From the NCBI GenBank assembly GCA_042216345.1, contig JBDGUA010000014.1, positions 256 to 64,255 of the forward strand: DNA of 64,000 bases, read 5' to 3'. A program made the position numbers and the translations under genes. Below the pieces are notes generated by a model that saw only the letters and a list, made by a program, of their open reading frames with translations, was not told the DNA's origin and ran no database searches. The DNA comes from Haloferacaceae archaeon (lineage in GTDB: Archaea; Halobacteriota; Halobacteria; Halobacteriales; Haloferacaceae). Positions within the stretch are counted from its first letter, which is position 1, and each line of letters opens with the position of its first letter. Shown in pieces: positions 46,827 to 56,656 of this stretch.

Positions 46827-47805
46827 ACCGCTCGTTCTCGTCGTCCCCGTCCGAGTCCTGCGCTTCGCGGAGCTCTTCGAGTTCGGCTTCGACCTCGTCG
46901 TCCACGGCGGCCTCGTCGATGTCGCCCCCGTCGTCGACGTCGCCCTCGTCGATCTCGACGTCGACGGCCTCGCCGCCCCCCTCACCGACCTCCACGTCGC
47001 CCCTCTCTTCACCTGCGAGTTCGGCCTCCACGTCGGCTTCGCCCTCGGCCTCCACGCCGGCTTCGTTCTCGGCCTCCACGCCGGCTTCGCCCTCGTCAGC
47101 CTCGCCCCCCTTCCCGAGCTCCGCCCGGAGGGTGTCGAGTTCGGTCTCGATCTCGCTGCGCTCGCGCCCGTCGGCCAGCTGGCGGTCGATGCTGTCCCGG
47201 TCGGTGACGGCCTCCTCGAGCGCGCCGGTCTCCTGGAGTTCGTCCATCGCCGCCGCCCGGGCCTCCATCTCCTCGGTGCGCTCCTCGGCGCGTTCGACCG
47301 CGCGGGCGACGTCGCCGTGTTCGTCGCCGACGCCCGTCATCGCCGCGGCGGCGCGACTCTCGGCCTCGGCGGCCTCGTAGCGCGCCTTCATCGTCTCTTT
47401 CTTCGTGCGGAACTCCTCGATGCGGCGCTGGAGCTGCTCCTTGCGTTCGACCAGGTCCTCCTCGGTCGTCTCCAGGTCGTCGATCTGGCGCTCCATCGCC
47501 TCGATCTGGCGCATCTTCGACTGCTTCTTCTCCAGCGCCCGCCGCGCCAGGTCCTCGCGGTCCTGGCGGACGGCCTCCCGGGCCTGCTCGTTGTGCCTGG
47601 CGACGTTCTCCTCAAGGCGGCGCTTCTGTCTCTCCAGGCGCTTGCGCTGCGTGCTGAGGTCGGCGACCCCCCGCTTGACGTTCTGGAGCTCGTCGCGCAG
47701 CTGCTCGTAGGAGTAATCCAGGGACTCGGTCGGGTCTTCCGCCCGGTTCAGGAGGGCGTTCACCTTCGACCGGACGACGTGGGCGGCGCGCGAGAGGATT
47801 CCCAT
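46825..47805 (-). CDS. pspA: PspA/IM30 (Vipp1, ESCRT-III superfamily) protein with a ~95-aa polyacidic C-terminal tail
   Basis: MGILSRAAHVVRSKVNALLNRAEDPTESLDYSYEQLRDELQNVKRGVADL and long coiled-coil heptads. ATTTATA lies about 30 nt upstream of the ATG. Confidence 0.9.
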   Translation of the reverse strand: MGILSRAAHVVRSKVNALLNRAEDPTESLDYSYEQLRDELQNVKRGVADLSTQRKRLERQKRRLEENVARHNEQAREAVRQDREDLARRALEKKQSKMRQIEAMERQIDDLETTEEDLVERKEQLQRRIEEFRTKKETMKARYEAAEAESRAAAAMTGVGDEHGDVARAVERAEERTEEMEARAAAMDELQETGALEEAVTDRDSIDRQLADGRERSEIETELDTLRAELGKGGEADEGEAGVEAENEAGVEAEGEADVEAELAGEERGDVEVGEGGGEAVDVEIDEGDVDDGGDIDEAAVDDEVEAELEELREAQDSDGDDENER

Positions 47806-47831
47806 AGGTGGCCTCTATCGCCGCTGTGCGT

Positions 47832-47838
47832 ATAAATC
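47832..47838 (-). promoter_or_regulatory. TATA-box-like element (minus strand ATTTATA) about 30 nt upstream of pspA ATG 47805
   Basis: AT-rich heptamer and spacing. Confidence 0.5.
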
Positions 47839-47919
47839 TCGGGCGCGCAGGCACCCGCCAGCGCGAGCGCGTGCGACGAGTGGTGCGGGGACCAGGGGCG
47901 CGGGCTTCGGGGCGGCCGG

Positions 47920-48135
47920 TCACCGGGCGTCGGCGGAGTCGGCCACCCCGTCGGGCTCGAGGTACAGCGTGACGGGTTCGTCCGGCGCGAGGCCGTCGAC
48001 GACGAGACCGAACTCGTCCTTCCCGGAGAAGGACCTGACGGTGGGCGGTTCCTCGTCGGATTCGGCTCGCTCGCAGACGAGTTCGAGCGTTCCCGTCGCG
48101 TCGGCGCGCAGGGTGAGCGTCGAGACGCGTGCCAT
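47920..48135 (-). CDS. Hypothetical small protein (71 aa)
   Basis: ATG 48135 (MARVSTLTLRADATGTLELVCERAESDEEPP...). This is the acidic, sensible tail of ORF 47920..49980. Confidence 0.4.
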   Translation of the reverse strand: MARVSTLTLRADATGTLELVCERAESDEEPPTVRSFSGKDEFGLVVDGLAPDEPVTLYLEPDGVADSADAR

Positions 48136-48245
48136 AGTGTCGTGATTCCTCGCCTCGCACATACGTCCTCGGGTGCCCCGGACGTGGATCGCCCGGCGTC
48201 GGTGGGGGGACTCCGGCTCAGTCGGCACCGCCCCGGACGCTCGCC

Positions 48246-49955
48246 TCAGAGCTCCTTGCTCACGTACGGCCCGTCCTGTCGGTAGCCGAGCTTCTCGCGG
48301 TAGTACTGGCGGACGCCGATGCCGGAGATGACGCTGAGCTTCTCGAAGCCGGCGTCGGCGGCGAGTTCCTCGGCCTTCCGGAGCAGGCGATTCCCGTAGC
48401 CGCGGTGCTGCCACTCGCCCGCCGCGTCGGGGTCGGTGATGCCGGCCTCCGAGCCGTAGACGTGGAGTTCGCGGACGAGCGCCGCGTCGGCCAGCTCCCG
48501 CCGGACGGGGTCGGCGGCGCTGGTCGTCCCCGCCGCGTCGGTCGCGGCGTGGGAGTACGAGGGAAAGCGCAGGCGGCAGAAGCCGATCAGGAGGTCCTGC
48601 TCGGCGTCCTCGAAGGAGATGAAGTGCTCCCGGCCGCCGGCGGCGTCGTACTCGAGCACGTCGAGTTCGACCGCCGCGGGGTCGGGGTCGGCGTCGTTGT
48701 GGCCGACCTCGCGGGCGCGGACGTCCCGGATCTCGATGCCCCGCTCGGCGGCGCGCTGCTCGGCGAGCTGGCGGAGGTTCGACTTCCAGACGCCGGCGTC
48801 GATGAAGTCCGCGGGGATGTCCCGCTGGACGCGCTGGAGGCGCGTGTACTTCGGGATCGTCCCCATGATCTCCGCGACGAGGTCGGCGGCCGTCTCGTTG
48901 TCCAGGGGGTCGAACTCGTCGCGGCGCCACTGGTCGTAGACGCGGGTGCCCCGGACGACCAGCGTCGGGTAGATCTTGAGGTAGTCGGGCCGCCAGTCGG
49001 GGTCCGAGAAGAGCTGGCGGAAGTCCTCCAGGCACATCTCCCGGGTCATGCCGGGCTGGCCGGGCATCATGTGGAAGCCGACCTTGAACGCCGCGTCGCG
49101 CAGGCGGCGGTTGGCGTCGATGGAGTCCTGGGTGCCGTGGCCGCGGTGCATCTCCCGGTTGATGCGCTCGTAGGTCGTCTGGACGCCCACCTCGACCTTG
49201 GTGCCGCCGAGGTCGAGCATCCGGTCGATCTGCTCGGGGTCGCACCAGTCGGGCTTGGTCTCGAAGGTCGTCCCGATGTTGCGGATCTCGTTGCGCTCGT
49301 TGCGGGCGATCACGTCCTCCAGGTACTCGAACTCGGTCTCCGCGGGGTCCTGTGCGAAGTCGCTGACCTGGTCGGGGTCCGGGTCGGCGTCGAGGTCGTA
49401 GTCGTTCATCGCCTGCAGCGCGCGCTTGACGAACCACTCCTGGTAGTCGTGGCTCCGGGCGGTCATGGTGCCGCCCATGAGGATCAGCTCGACCTTGTCG
49501 ACGGGGTGGCCGATGTTGCGAAGCTGCTCCAGGCGGAGCGTCACCTGCCCGTAGGGGTCGTAGTCGGTCTGCTCCCCCCGGGCGGCGGCGGGCTCGTGGC
49601 CCGTGTAGCTCTGCGCGGAGGAGAACTCCGAGGCCGGCCCGCCCGGACAGTAGAGGCACTTCCCGTGCGGGCACATCTGCGGCGAGGTCATGATCGCCAC
49701 GGGGGAGACCCCCGAGGCCGTCCGGACGGGCTTGCGCCGCACCACGTCCTTGACCTCCTCGCGCCGGTCCTCGGGGGCGCGCTCGAGGATCTCGGTGTTC
49801 TTGGGCACCTTCGCCGCCGAGTGGCGCGAGCAGGCGTCGAGCTTGGCGCTCTCGAGGTCGTCGCGTTCGATCTCGCCCTCCAGGATCCCCTCGACGAGGT
49901 CCTCGCAGACCCGCTCGAACGCCTCGTTCTCGCCCTCTTCGGCCTCGGTGCTCAT
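48246..49955 (-). CDS. elp3: tRNA uridine(34) carboxymethyl-modification radical SAM/GNAT enzyme Elp3
   Basis: Radical-SAM cluster region [14 protein letters not shown]-terminal GNAT motif HRGYGNRLL. 569 aa. Confidence 0.9.
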   Translation of the reverse strand: MSTEAEEGENEAFERVCEDLVEGILEGEIERDDLESAKLDACSRHSAAKVPKNTEILERAPEDRREEVKDVVRRKPVRTASGVSPVAIMTSPQMCPHGKCLYCPGGPASEFSSAQSYTGHEPAAARGEQTDYDPYGQVTLRLEQLRNIGHPVDKVELILMGGTMTARSHDYQEWFVKRALQAMNDYDLDADPDPDQVSDFAQDPAETEFEYLEDVIARNERNEIRNIGTTFETKPDWCDPEQIDRMLDLGGTKVEVGVQTTYERINREMHRGHGTQDSIDANRRLRDAAFKVGFHMMPGQPGMTREMCLEDFRQLFSDPDWRPDYLKIYPTLVVRGTRVYDQWRRDEFDPLDNETAADLVAEIMGTIPKYTRLQRVQRDIPADFIDAGVWKSNLRQLAEQRAAERGIEIRDVRAREVGHNDADPDPAAVELDVLEYDAAGGREHFISFEDAEQDLLIGFCRLRFPSYSHAATDAAGTTSAADPVRRELADAALVRELHVYGSEAGITDPDAAGEWQHRGYGNRLLRKAEELAADAGFEKLSVISGIGVRQYYREKLGYRQDGPYVSKEL

Positions 49956-50115
49956 CGGTCGGTGTCTGTCTATCCGTCACGCCGTGGGCCGAATAAGGGT
50001 GTCGCTCGGGTGTGGGCCGGTGTCGCCTCGTGGCGTCCTGCTCGGCGACGAGCGGTCGGGCGGTCGGCGCCGGGACCGGCGACGTCCGCCGTCCCGGTAC
50101 CGGTTCGACACGAGC

Positions 50116-50122
50116 GTTTATC
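50116..50122 (+). promoter_or_regulatory. TATA-box-like element (GTTTATC) about 29 nt upstream of deoC ATG 50148
   Basis: AT-rich heptamer and spacing. Confidence 0.45.
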
Positions 50123-50147
50123 CGGGGTCGCGACGACCCACACGCAC

Positions 50148-50783
50148 ATGGACAAGACCGACTTCGCCCGCCGGATCGACCACACCGTCCTCGGGCCCAC
50201 CACCCGCCCGGAGGACGTCGAGCGCGTGCTGGACGAGGCCGAGCGGCACGGGATGAACGCCTGCGTCCCGCCGTGCTACGTCGCGGAGGCCAGCGAGTAC
50301 GCCCCGGACGTCCGGCTGGTCGCCGTCGCGGGGTTCCCCCACGGCCAGCACGCGACCCCGGCCAAGCGCCGCGAGGCCGTCGACGCCTGGGACGACGGCG
50401 CCGACGAGGTCGACGTCGTCCTCAACGTCGGGCGCCTCAAGGCCGGCCAGGACGACCGCGTCACCGAGGAACTGGCCGAGATCGTCGCCGCCACGCCCGT
50501 GCCCGTGAAGGTGATCATCGAGACCGGGCTGCTCGACGGTCCCGAGAAGCGCCGCGCCTGCGAGGCCGCCGTCGAGGCCGACGCCGCGTTCGTCAAGACC
50601 TGCACCGGCTTCGCGGAGGGCGGCGCGACCGTCGCGGACGTGGAACTGATGGCGGAGTACCTGCCGGTCAAGGCCAGCGGCGGCGTCGGCTCCTACGAGG
50701 AGGCGATGACGCTGATCGAGGCCGGCGCCGAGCGCATCGGCGCCTCCAGCGGCGTCGAGATCGTCGAGGGGTTCCCGGCGTGA
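50148..50783 (+). CDS. deoC: Deoxyribose-phosphate aldolase
   Basis: ATG 50148 lies 29 nt after [33 protein letters not shown] (Schiff-base Lys), KASGGV. Confidence 0.85.
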   Translation: MDKTDFARRIDHTVLGPTTRPEDVERVLDEAERHGMNACVPPCYVAEASEYAPDVRLVAVAGFPHGQHATPAKRREAVDAWDDGADEVDVVLNVGRLKAGQDDRVTEELAEIVAATPVPVKVIIETGLLDGPEKRRACEAAVEADAAFVKTCTGFAEGGATVADVELMAEYLPVKASGGVGSYEEAMTLIEAGAERIGASSGVEIVEGFPA

Positions 50784-50867
50784 CGCTGGCGAATCGACAC
50801 CTGAGCCGACAGTAACTGGACGTTCGTCCACCCTGGCGCGCAATCGCACACGCCCCGCGCTCCGAAA

Positions 50868-50878
50868 CGATTTTCATT
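50868..50878 (+). promoter_or_regulatory. TATA-box-like element (CGATTTTCATT) about 26 nt upstream of pyrG ATG 50899
   Basis: AT-rich element and spacing. Confidence 0.45.
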
Positions 50879-50898
50879 CGCCCTGTCGGACAGACGGT

Positions 50899-52557
50899 AT
50901 GCCGCAGGATTCTGCAACCGACTACGACCCCACGCTGGGTCGGAAGTTCATCTTCGTCACCGGAGGTGTCATGTCCGGCCTGGGGAAGGGGATCACCGCC
51001 GCCAGCACCGGGCGGCTGCTGTCGAACGCCGGGTTCGACGTGACCGCGGTGAAGATCGACCCCTACCTCAACGTCGACGCCGGGACGATGAACCCCTACC
51101 AGCACGGGGAGGTGTACGTCCTCAAGGACGGCGGCGAGGTCGACCTCGACCTGGGGAACTACGAGCGGTTCCTCGGGGTCGACATGACCTCCGACCACAA
51201 CGTCACCACGGGCAAGACCTACAAGCACGTCATCGAGAAGGAGCGCGCGGGCGACTACCTGGGCAAGACCGTCCAGATCATCCCGCACGTCACCGACGAC
51301 ATCAAGCGGCGCATCCGCGAGGCCGCCGCGGGCACCGACGTCTGCATCGTCGAGGTCGGCGGCACCGTCGGCGACATCGAGGGGATGCCCTACCTGGAGG
51401 CGCTCCGGCAGTTCGCCCACGAGGAGGAGGAGGGCGACATCCTGTTCACCCACGTCACGCTCGTCCCCTACTCGAAGAACGGCGAGCAGAAGACCAAGCC
51501 CACCCAGCACAGCGTGAAGGAGCTGCGCTCGATCGGCCTCCAGCCCGACATCCTCGTGGGTCGCTGCGAGAACGAACTCGAGCCCACCACCAAGGAGAAG
51601 ATCGCGCTGTTCTGCGACGTGCCCACCGACGCCGTCTTCTCGAACGCCGACGTCGAGGACATCTACCACGTCCCGCTGATGGTCGAGGACGAGGGCCTCG
51701 ACGAGTACGTGATGGAACGGCTCGGCCTGGCCGAGGAGGCGCTCCCGAAGGTCGAACGCAGCGGCGAGTGGCGCGAACTCGTCACCCGCGAGCGCACGGG
51801 CGAGGTCGACATCGCCCTCGTGGGCAAGTACGACCTCGAGGACGCCTACATGTCCGTCCACGAGGCGCTGAAACACGCCGGCATCCAGTGCGGCGTCGAG
51901 GTCAACGTCAACTGGGTCGACGCCGACGAGATGGCCCAGCGCCACACCGAGCGTCTCCAGGACTCGGACGGCGTCGTCGTCCCCGGCGGGTTCGGTTCCC
52001 GCGGGACCGAGGGCAAGATCGAGGCGATCCGCCACGCCCGCGAGAACGACGTCCCCTTCCTGGGCCTGTGTCTCGGCTTCCAGATGGCCGTCGTCGAGCA
52101 GGCGCGGAACGTCCTCGGCCTCGACGGGGCCCACTCCGCCGAGATCGACCCCGACACGCCCCACCCCGTCATCGACCTGCTGCCCGAGCAGTACGACCTC
52201 CAGGACCTCGGCGGCACGATGCGGCTGGGCGCACACACCACCGACATCGAACCGGACACGCTGGCCCACGAGGTCTACGGCGCCGCCTCCTGCACCGAGC
52301 GCCACCGCCACCGCTACGAGGTCAACCCCGAGTACATCGACGACCTCGAGGCCGGCGACATGGTCTTCTCCGGCAAGGCCGGCAACCGCATGGAGATCGT
52401 CGAACTCCGGGACCACCCGTACTTCCTGGGCACGCAGTTCCACCCCGAGTTCCGCTCGCGCCCCGACCGGGCGAGCCCGCCGTTCGTCGGCCTGATCGAC
52501 GCGGTGATCGACCTCACGGGCGTCGAGGCCAACCGCCGCGAGGAGGTGAAGGCCTGA
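50899..52557 (+). CDS. pyrG: CTP synthase
   Basis: [36 protein letters not shown], and the GATase motif GLCLGFQ. Confidence 0.95.
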   Translation: MPQDSATDYDPTLGRKFIFVTGGVMSGLGKGITAASTGRLLSNAGFDVTAVKIDPYLNVDAGTMNPYQHGEVYVLKDGGEVDLDLGNYERFLGVDMTSDHNVTTGKTYKHVIEKERAGDYLGKTVQIIPHVTDDIKRRIREAAAGTDVCIVEVGGTVGDIEGMPYLEALRQFAHEEEEGDILFTHVTLVPYSKNGEQKTKPTQHSVKELRSIGLQPDILVGRCENELEPTTKEKIALFCDVPTDAVFSNADVEDIYHVPLMVEDEGLDEYVMERLGLAEEALPKVERSGEWRELVTRERTGEVDIALVGKYDLEDAYMSVHEALKHAGIQCGVEVNVNWVDADEMAQRHTERLQDSDGVVVPGGFGSRGTEGKIEAIRHARENDVPFLGLCLGFQMAVVEQARNVLGLDGAHSAEIDPDTPHPVIDLLPEQYDLQDLGGTMRLGAHTTDIEPDTLAHEVYGAASCTERHRHRYEVNPEYIDDLEAGDMVFSGKAGNRMEIVELRDHPYFLGTQFHPEFRSRPDRASPPFVGLIDAVIDLTGVEANRREEVKA

Positions 52558-53474
52558 TGGTCGACCCCGACGAGTTCGTCGAGGAGGCGACCGCCGAGAT
52601 CCGCGAGCAGATCGGCGACGCCAACGCCATCATCGCCCTCTCCGGCGGCGTCGACTCCTCGGTCGCCGCCGCGCTGGCCTACCGGGCCATCGGCGACCAG
52701 CTCACCCCCGTCTACGTCGACACGGGGCTGATGCGCAAGGGCGAGACCGAGCAGATCCGCGACACCTTCGACTACATGGAGAGCCTCGAGGTCGTCGAGG
52801 CCGAGGACCGGTTCCTCGAGGCGCTGGCCGGGGTCACCGACCCCGAGGCCAAGCGCCAGGCCATCGGGGAGCAGTTCATCCGCGAGTTCGAGCGCGAGGC
52901 CAGAGAGACCGACGCCGACTACCTCGTCCAGGGAACCATCTACCCGGACCGCATCGAGAGCGAGGGCAACATCAAGTCCCACCACAACGTCGGCGGCCTC
53001 CCCGACGTGATCGACTTCGAGGGCATCGTCGAGCCCGTCCGGGACCTCTACAAGGACGAGGTCCGCGAGGTCGCACGCGCGCTCGGCCTCGAGGAGATCA
53101 TCTCCGAGCGCATGCCGTTCCCGGGGCCGGGCCTGGCTGTCCGGATCATCGGCGAGGTGACCAAGGAGAAACTGGAGGTGGCCCGCGAGGCGACCCACGT
53201 CGTCGAGGACGAGGTCGAGAAACACGATCCCTGGCAGGCCTTCGCCGCCGTCATCGGCAAGGCCACCGGCGTCAAGGGCGACAACCGCGTCCACGGCTGG
53301 ATCGTCGCCGTCCGCTCGGTCGAATCCCGCGACGGCATGACCGCCCGGGCCCAGGAGCTCCCCTGGGAGACCCTCCAGCGCATCCAGAGCCGGATCACCG
53401 GGCAGAACGACAACGTCTCCCGGGTGGTCTACGACGTGACCCACAAGCCCCCGGCGACGATCGAGTACGAGTAG
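52557..53474 (+). CDS. guaA: GMP synthase subunit B (ATP pyrophosphatase subunit)
   Basis: The ATG overlaps the pyrG TGA by 1 nt (cTGATGg). PP-loop [11 protein letters not shown]-terminal [16 protein letters not shown]. Confidence 0.9.
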   Translation: MVDPDEFVEEATAEIREQIGDANAIIALSGGVDSSVAAALAYRAIGDQLTPVYVDTGLMRKGETEQIRDTFDYMESLEVVEAEDRFLEALAGVTDPEAKRQAIGEQFIREFEREARETDADYLVQGTIYPDRIESEGNIKSHHNVGGLPDVIDFEGIVEPVRDLYKDEVREVARALGLEEIISERMPFPGPGLAVRIIGEVTKEKLEVAREATHVVEDEVEKHDPWQAFAAVIGKATGVKGDNRVHGWIVAVRSVESRDGMTARAQELPWETLQRIQSRITGQNDNVSRVVYDVTHKPPATIEYE

Positions 53475-53508
53475 CTGCAACAAGGATTTACCACTACGCA
53501 CCCTACAG

Positions 53509-53829
53509 ATGTCGATGACTATTCTGACTGGCCCGGACGCGACGGGGCTCGGAGACGCGCTGACCGCCCTCGACGTCGAGGTCGTCCGCATCGACGGCGT
53601 CACGACCCGGGAGAAGCTGCTCGAGGCCGGCATCGAGGCCGCCGACACGCTCGTGCTCACGGACGTTCGCGACGCGACGGCCATCGCGGTCGCCAAGGAG
53701 GACAACCCCGACGTGCGGGTCGTCGTCTACGCCGAGGACACCCTGCCGGAGTTCGCGCGCGGCCAGGCCGACATCGCGGTCGACCCCGCTCTCCTCGGCC
53801 CGGACGTCGTCGCGGAGGAACTGGCCTGA
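53509..53829 (+). CDS. Hypothetical small Rossmann-like (TrkA-N-like) protein
   Basis: ORF track 53509..53829. Acidic alpha/beta-looking sequence. No catalytic motif recognised. Confidence 0.5.
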   Translation: MSMTILTGPDATGLGDALTALDVEVVRIDGVTTREKLLEAGIEAADTLVLTDVRDATAIAVAKEDNPDVRVVVYAEDTLPEFARGQADIAVDPALLGPDVVAEELA

Positions 53830-53846
53830 GAACCCGCGTTCACCCC

Positions 53847-53873
53847 GCTTAATTCGCGTTAATCGGCGTTGAG
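53847..53873 (+). promoter_or_regulatory. Phased TTAAT / TTAAT / TTGAG motifs with 10-bp spacing, upstream of paralog A
   Basis: TTAAT at 53849 and 53859, TTGAG at 53869. The cluster lies about 76-100 nt upstream of ATG 53949. Confidence 0.45.
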
Positions 53874-53948
53874 CTGCCTGAAGACGGCTGCAATTCCGGT
53901 CCAGCGACGCCCCGGTTGAAGTTGCTCTCCGGGCAAGGGCCGGATGCG

Positions 53949-54983
53949 ATGTTCGCAAAACGACTCGTCGCGGTCGCCCTGGCCGTGCTGACCGTCACCG
54001 CAGGCGTGACGGCAGCCGCCGGCGGCCACGCGACCTCGGAGGCACAGGCCGATCAGCACTTCGACGTGTCCGCCCGGATGGACGGCGACGCGGTGACGCT
54101 GACGGTCACCCAGGACGGTTCGGCGGCGAGCGACGTCGCCGTGTACGCCGACGGCGAGCGCGTCGGGACGACCGGCGCCGACGGAACCGCGACCTTCCAG
54201 ACCGACGCCAGCGAGGAACTGGTCGTTCGCCTGGAGCGGGGTGACGTGCACGACGAGTACACCTACCGCGTCGACGGCTCCTCGCTGACGCTCGTCTCCG
54301 CGGCTGCCGAGCAGTCCGCGGACGGTCCCAAGCGCGCCGGCGCGGCCAGCGGCGCCGCCGACAGTGACGACAACGCATCCGCCAGCGCGGGCGACGCCTC
54401 GGACCCGGCTGACCGCCAGGGCCCGCCCGAGGAGCTGCCCGAGCAGGCGCCCGACCGCGTGAGCGAGCTCCACGCGCTGATCAACTCGTTCCTCTCGGGC
54501 GACATGCAGGGGAGCCTCGGCGCCGCCATCAGCGACCTGGTCGGCGGCGGCCACGCCGGTGCCAGCGCCGACGCCCACGGCGACGCGGGCGCCCAGGCCA
54601 GCACGGAGTCCAGCGACCACGCTGCGAACGCCAGCGTCCGCTCGGACGGTCAGGCCGACGTCGAGAGCGACGGTCAGGCCGACGTCGAGAGCGGCGTCGA
54701 GAGTGACGTCGAGAGCGGCGTCGAGAGTGACGTCGAGGGCGACGTCGGTTCGGCGAACGCCTCGGCCGACGGCAGCGGCGAAACCCAGGTCGAGTCGGAC
54801 GTCGCCAGCGACGACGGCTCGTCCACCGACGCTGACGCTGAAACCGACGCCGAAACCGACACCGATTCGAGCGGGTCCGCTGACGCCTCCGGCGACAGCG
54901 ACACCGACGCCGACTCGGACGGCGGCAGCGTGAGCGTCGACGGCGACGCCAGCGCGGACGGGAGCGTCTCCGTTTCGGCGTAA
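53949..54983 (+). CDS. Secreted acidic repeat protein, paralog A (paralog of 57587..58372)
   Basis: ATG 53949 (MFAKRLVAVALAVLTVTAGVTAAAG signal). Shared motif PEQAPDRVSELHALINSFLSGD. D/S/G/A/E-rich tandem repeats at the C-terminus. Confidence 0.65.
   Translation: MFAKRLVAVALAVLTVTAGVTAAAGGHATSEAQADQHFDVSARMDGDAVTLTVTQDGSAASDVAVYADGERVGTTGADGTATFQTDASEELVVRLERGDVHDEYTYRVDGSSLTLVSAAAEQSADGPKRAGAASGAADSDDNASASAGDASDPADRQGPPEELPEQAPDRVSELHALINSFLSGDMQGSLGAAISDLVGGGHAGASADAHGDAGAQASTESSDHAANASVRSDGQADVESDGQADVESGVESDVESGVESDVEGDVGSANASADGSGETQVESDVASDDGSSTDADAETDAETDTDSSGSADASGDSDTDADSDGGSVSVDGDASADGSVSVSA
54436..54547. repeat. Arm 1 of a 112-bp near-identical inverted repeat, embedded in paralog A (partner 57717..57828)
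   Basis: A 68-nt block and a 35-nt block are 100% identical to the reverse complement of the partner. They are separated by 9 diverged nt. Confidence 0.9.
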
Positions 54984-55293
54984 GGATTCGCCGCAGTTCG
55001 ACCTGCACGCTACCATCGATTCATCTTCTCGTTCGTCAGTTCGGTCCGACGCTCCGTTCCTGCGGTGGATCGGCCGAGCGGCCGAACTCGAATCGACCCC
55101 TGCGGGTCAGTGTCCGCTTTTCGCCGCTATCACGACCCCGCTCGGCCCGTACGACGTCGTGTGCTGATTGGCCGATATCGCATTCTCGGCCCCTCGCAGA
55201 CGGCGGTCCAGAAAGAATCGACTGACCTGCCGGCTCCGCGAGGACACCTGCCACTGGAGAACCGTGCACCGAAGTCGACCGTTCGCACCGGGA

Positions 55294-55509
55294 TTACGTA
55301 TTCAGCCGGTACCGATACGGTCGCTCCCGGACGACCTCGACCTCTCCCCTGTCGGCCTCCCGGCCCAGGATGGTGGCGATCCGGTGGGTGCTCTCGACCT
55401 CGGCCCCGCGCTCCTCGAGCAGCGCCATGATCTCCCTGGCGGTCAGCGGCTCGTCCGCGTCGGAGAGCACCCCACGTAACCGCTCGTACTCAGCACGTCG
55501 GGTGTGCAT
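55294..55509 (-). CDS. Small winged-helix-like putative DNA-binding protein (71 aa)
   Basis: ATG 55509 (MHTRRAEYERLRGVLSDADEPLTAREIMALLEERGAEVESTHRIATILGREADRGEVEVV). This is the sensible tail of ORF 55294..56076. Confidence 0.5.
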   Translation of the reverse strand: MHTRRAEYERLRGVLSDADEPLTAREIMALLEERGAEVESTHRIATILGREADRGEVEVVRERPYRYRLNT

Positions 55510-55564
55510 ACGTCTGACGACGGGCGGCGTCGCCTTAGTGTTCAGTGAGACACAGGTCTGACGG

Positions 55565-55582
55565 TCGTCAGACAGTTCGCTC
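55565..55582. promoter_or_regulatory. 18-bp palindrome GTCTGACGGTCGTCAGAC upstream of the wHTH gene. A half-site GTCTGACG is repeated at 55512..55519.
   Basis: Read directly. The arms GTCTGACG / CGTCAGAC are exact reverse complements. Confidence 0.4.
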
Positions 55583-55646
55583 CATTCCACCGCGAGACGG
55601 CCGCTCGCGGGGGCTCGGGAGAATCGGGTCGACGCGGAAGCGGGGG

Positions 55647-56180
55647 TCAGACGTAGACGTCGTCCTCGCTGAGGTCGCGCCGGGCGCGGTACTGGTCGAC
55701 GAACTCCTCGACGTCGAACTCCAGCATCTGCTGTTCGAACTCGGTCATGGCCCCGTCGTCCTCGGCGTGGCTGACGGCGTGTTCCATCAGTTCGACGACG
55801 AGTTCGACCACGATCTCGTGGAGCCGCCGGGAGTCGAAGTCGGTCACCCAGACCATCGAGAACCCCAGGTCCTGGTCGTCGCTCGCGTCCGCGACCGCGA
55901 CGCGGTCGGGGAACTCCTCGAGGACGACCCCGAGCAGGTGCGGCGTGTCGAACTCGGGCATCTCCTCGCTGGTGGTCTCGATGGCCTCGCGCAGCACCTC
56001 GACCAGGAACTCGGGGAGGAACCGCTCGGGCGGGTGGACGTCCATCACGACGGCGTGCGCGTCGCCGCACGGGCACTCGAACTCGCGCATCCCCATGTCG
56101 AGGTCGCGGACCCGGATCTCCTCGCCGCAGGCGAGTTCGAGCGTCTCGCCCCCGCCGCCGGGGACTCGCGGTGTCGCCAT
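55647..56180 (-). CDS. Conserved haloarchaeal hypothetical protein with a Cys/His motif (DUF5815-like)
   Basis: LELACGEE...FECPCGDAHAVVMDVHPP, followed by an acidic C-terminal half. Confidence 0.6.
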   Translation of the reverse strand: MATPRVPGGGGETLELACGEEIRVRDLDMGMREFECPCGDAHAVVMDVHPPERFLPEFLVEVLREAIETTSEEMPEFDTPHLLGVVLEEFPDRVAVADASDDQDLGFSMVWVTDFDSRRLHEIVVELVVELMEHAVSHAEDDGAMTEFEQQMLEFDVEEFVDQYRARRDLSEDDVYV

Positions 56181-56273
56181 ACCCGGTCTTGCCGCCTCGG
56201 GCGGTTAAAAGTCGCGTTCCGCGCTCCTGGCGTCGTCGAGTCCGTGCCAGGTCGACCCGCCGAACGGGGCGAC

Positions 56274-56603
56274 TCAGCCCGATCCGGGCAGCGGACAGAG
56301 GCTGGCGGTGAACACGACCGTCTCGTCGGTGTCGTTGCGGGCGCCGTGGGCGACGCCGCGTTCGTTGAGGACGACGCCCGGGGCCTCGACGGCCTCCTCG
56401 CGGTCGTCCTGCAGCACCGTCACGGTCCCCTCGAGCACGTGGAACACGTTGGTGCTGTCGCCGTGCTCGTGGGGCTCGACCTCGGCGCCGGGGCCGAGCG
56501 CGAACTGCTTGACGAGGACGTCGTCGGTCACGACCAGCTCCGCCGTCTCCACCTCGCCCGCGTCGGGGTCGAGGTCGTGGGCCGCGAGTTCGTTGAGCGT
56601 CAT
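56274..56603 (-). CDS. Cupin domain protein
   Basis: ATG 56603. GAEVEPHEHGDSTNVFHVLEG...HGARN two-motif cupin pattern. Confidence 0.7.
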   Translation of the reverse strand: MTLNELAAHDLDPDAGEVETAELVVTDDVLVKQFALGPGAEVEPHEHGDSTNVFHVLEGTVTVLQDDREEAVEAPGVVLNERGVAHGARNDTDETVVFTASLCPLPGSG

Positions 56604-56656
56604 ACCCGGTCGGTCTCGGGCGAGGGTGATAAATGGGACGTCAGCGGCGACCCGGA

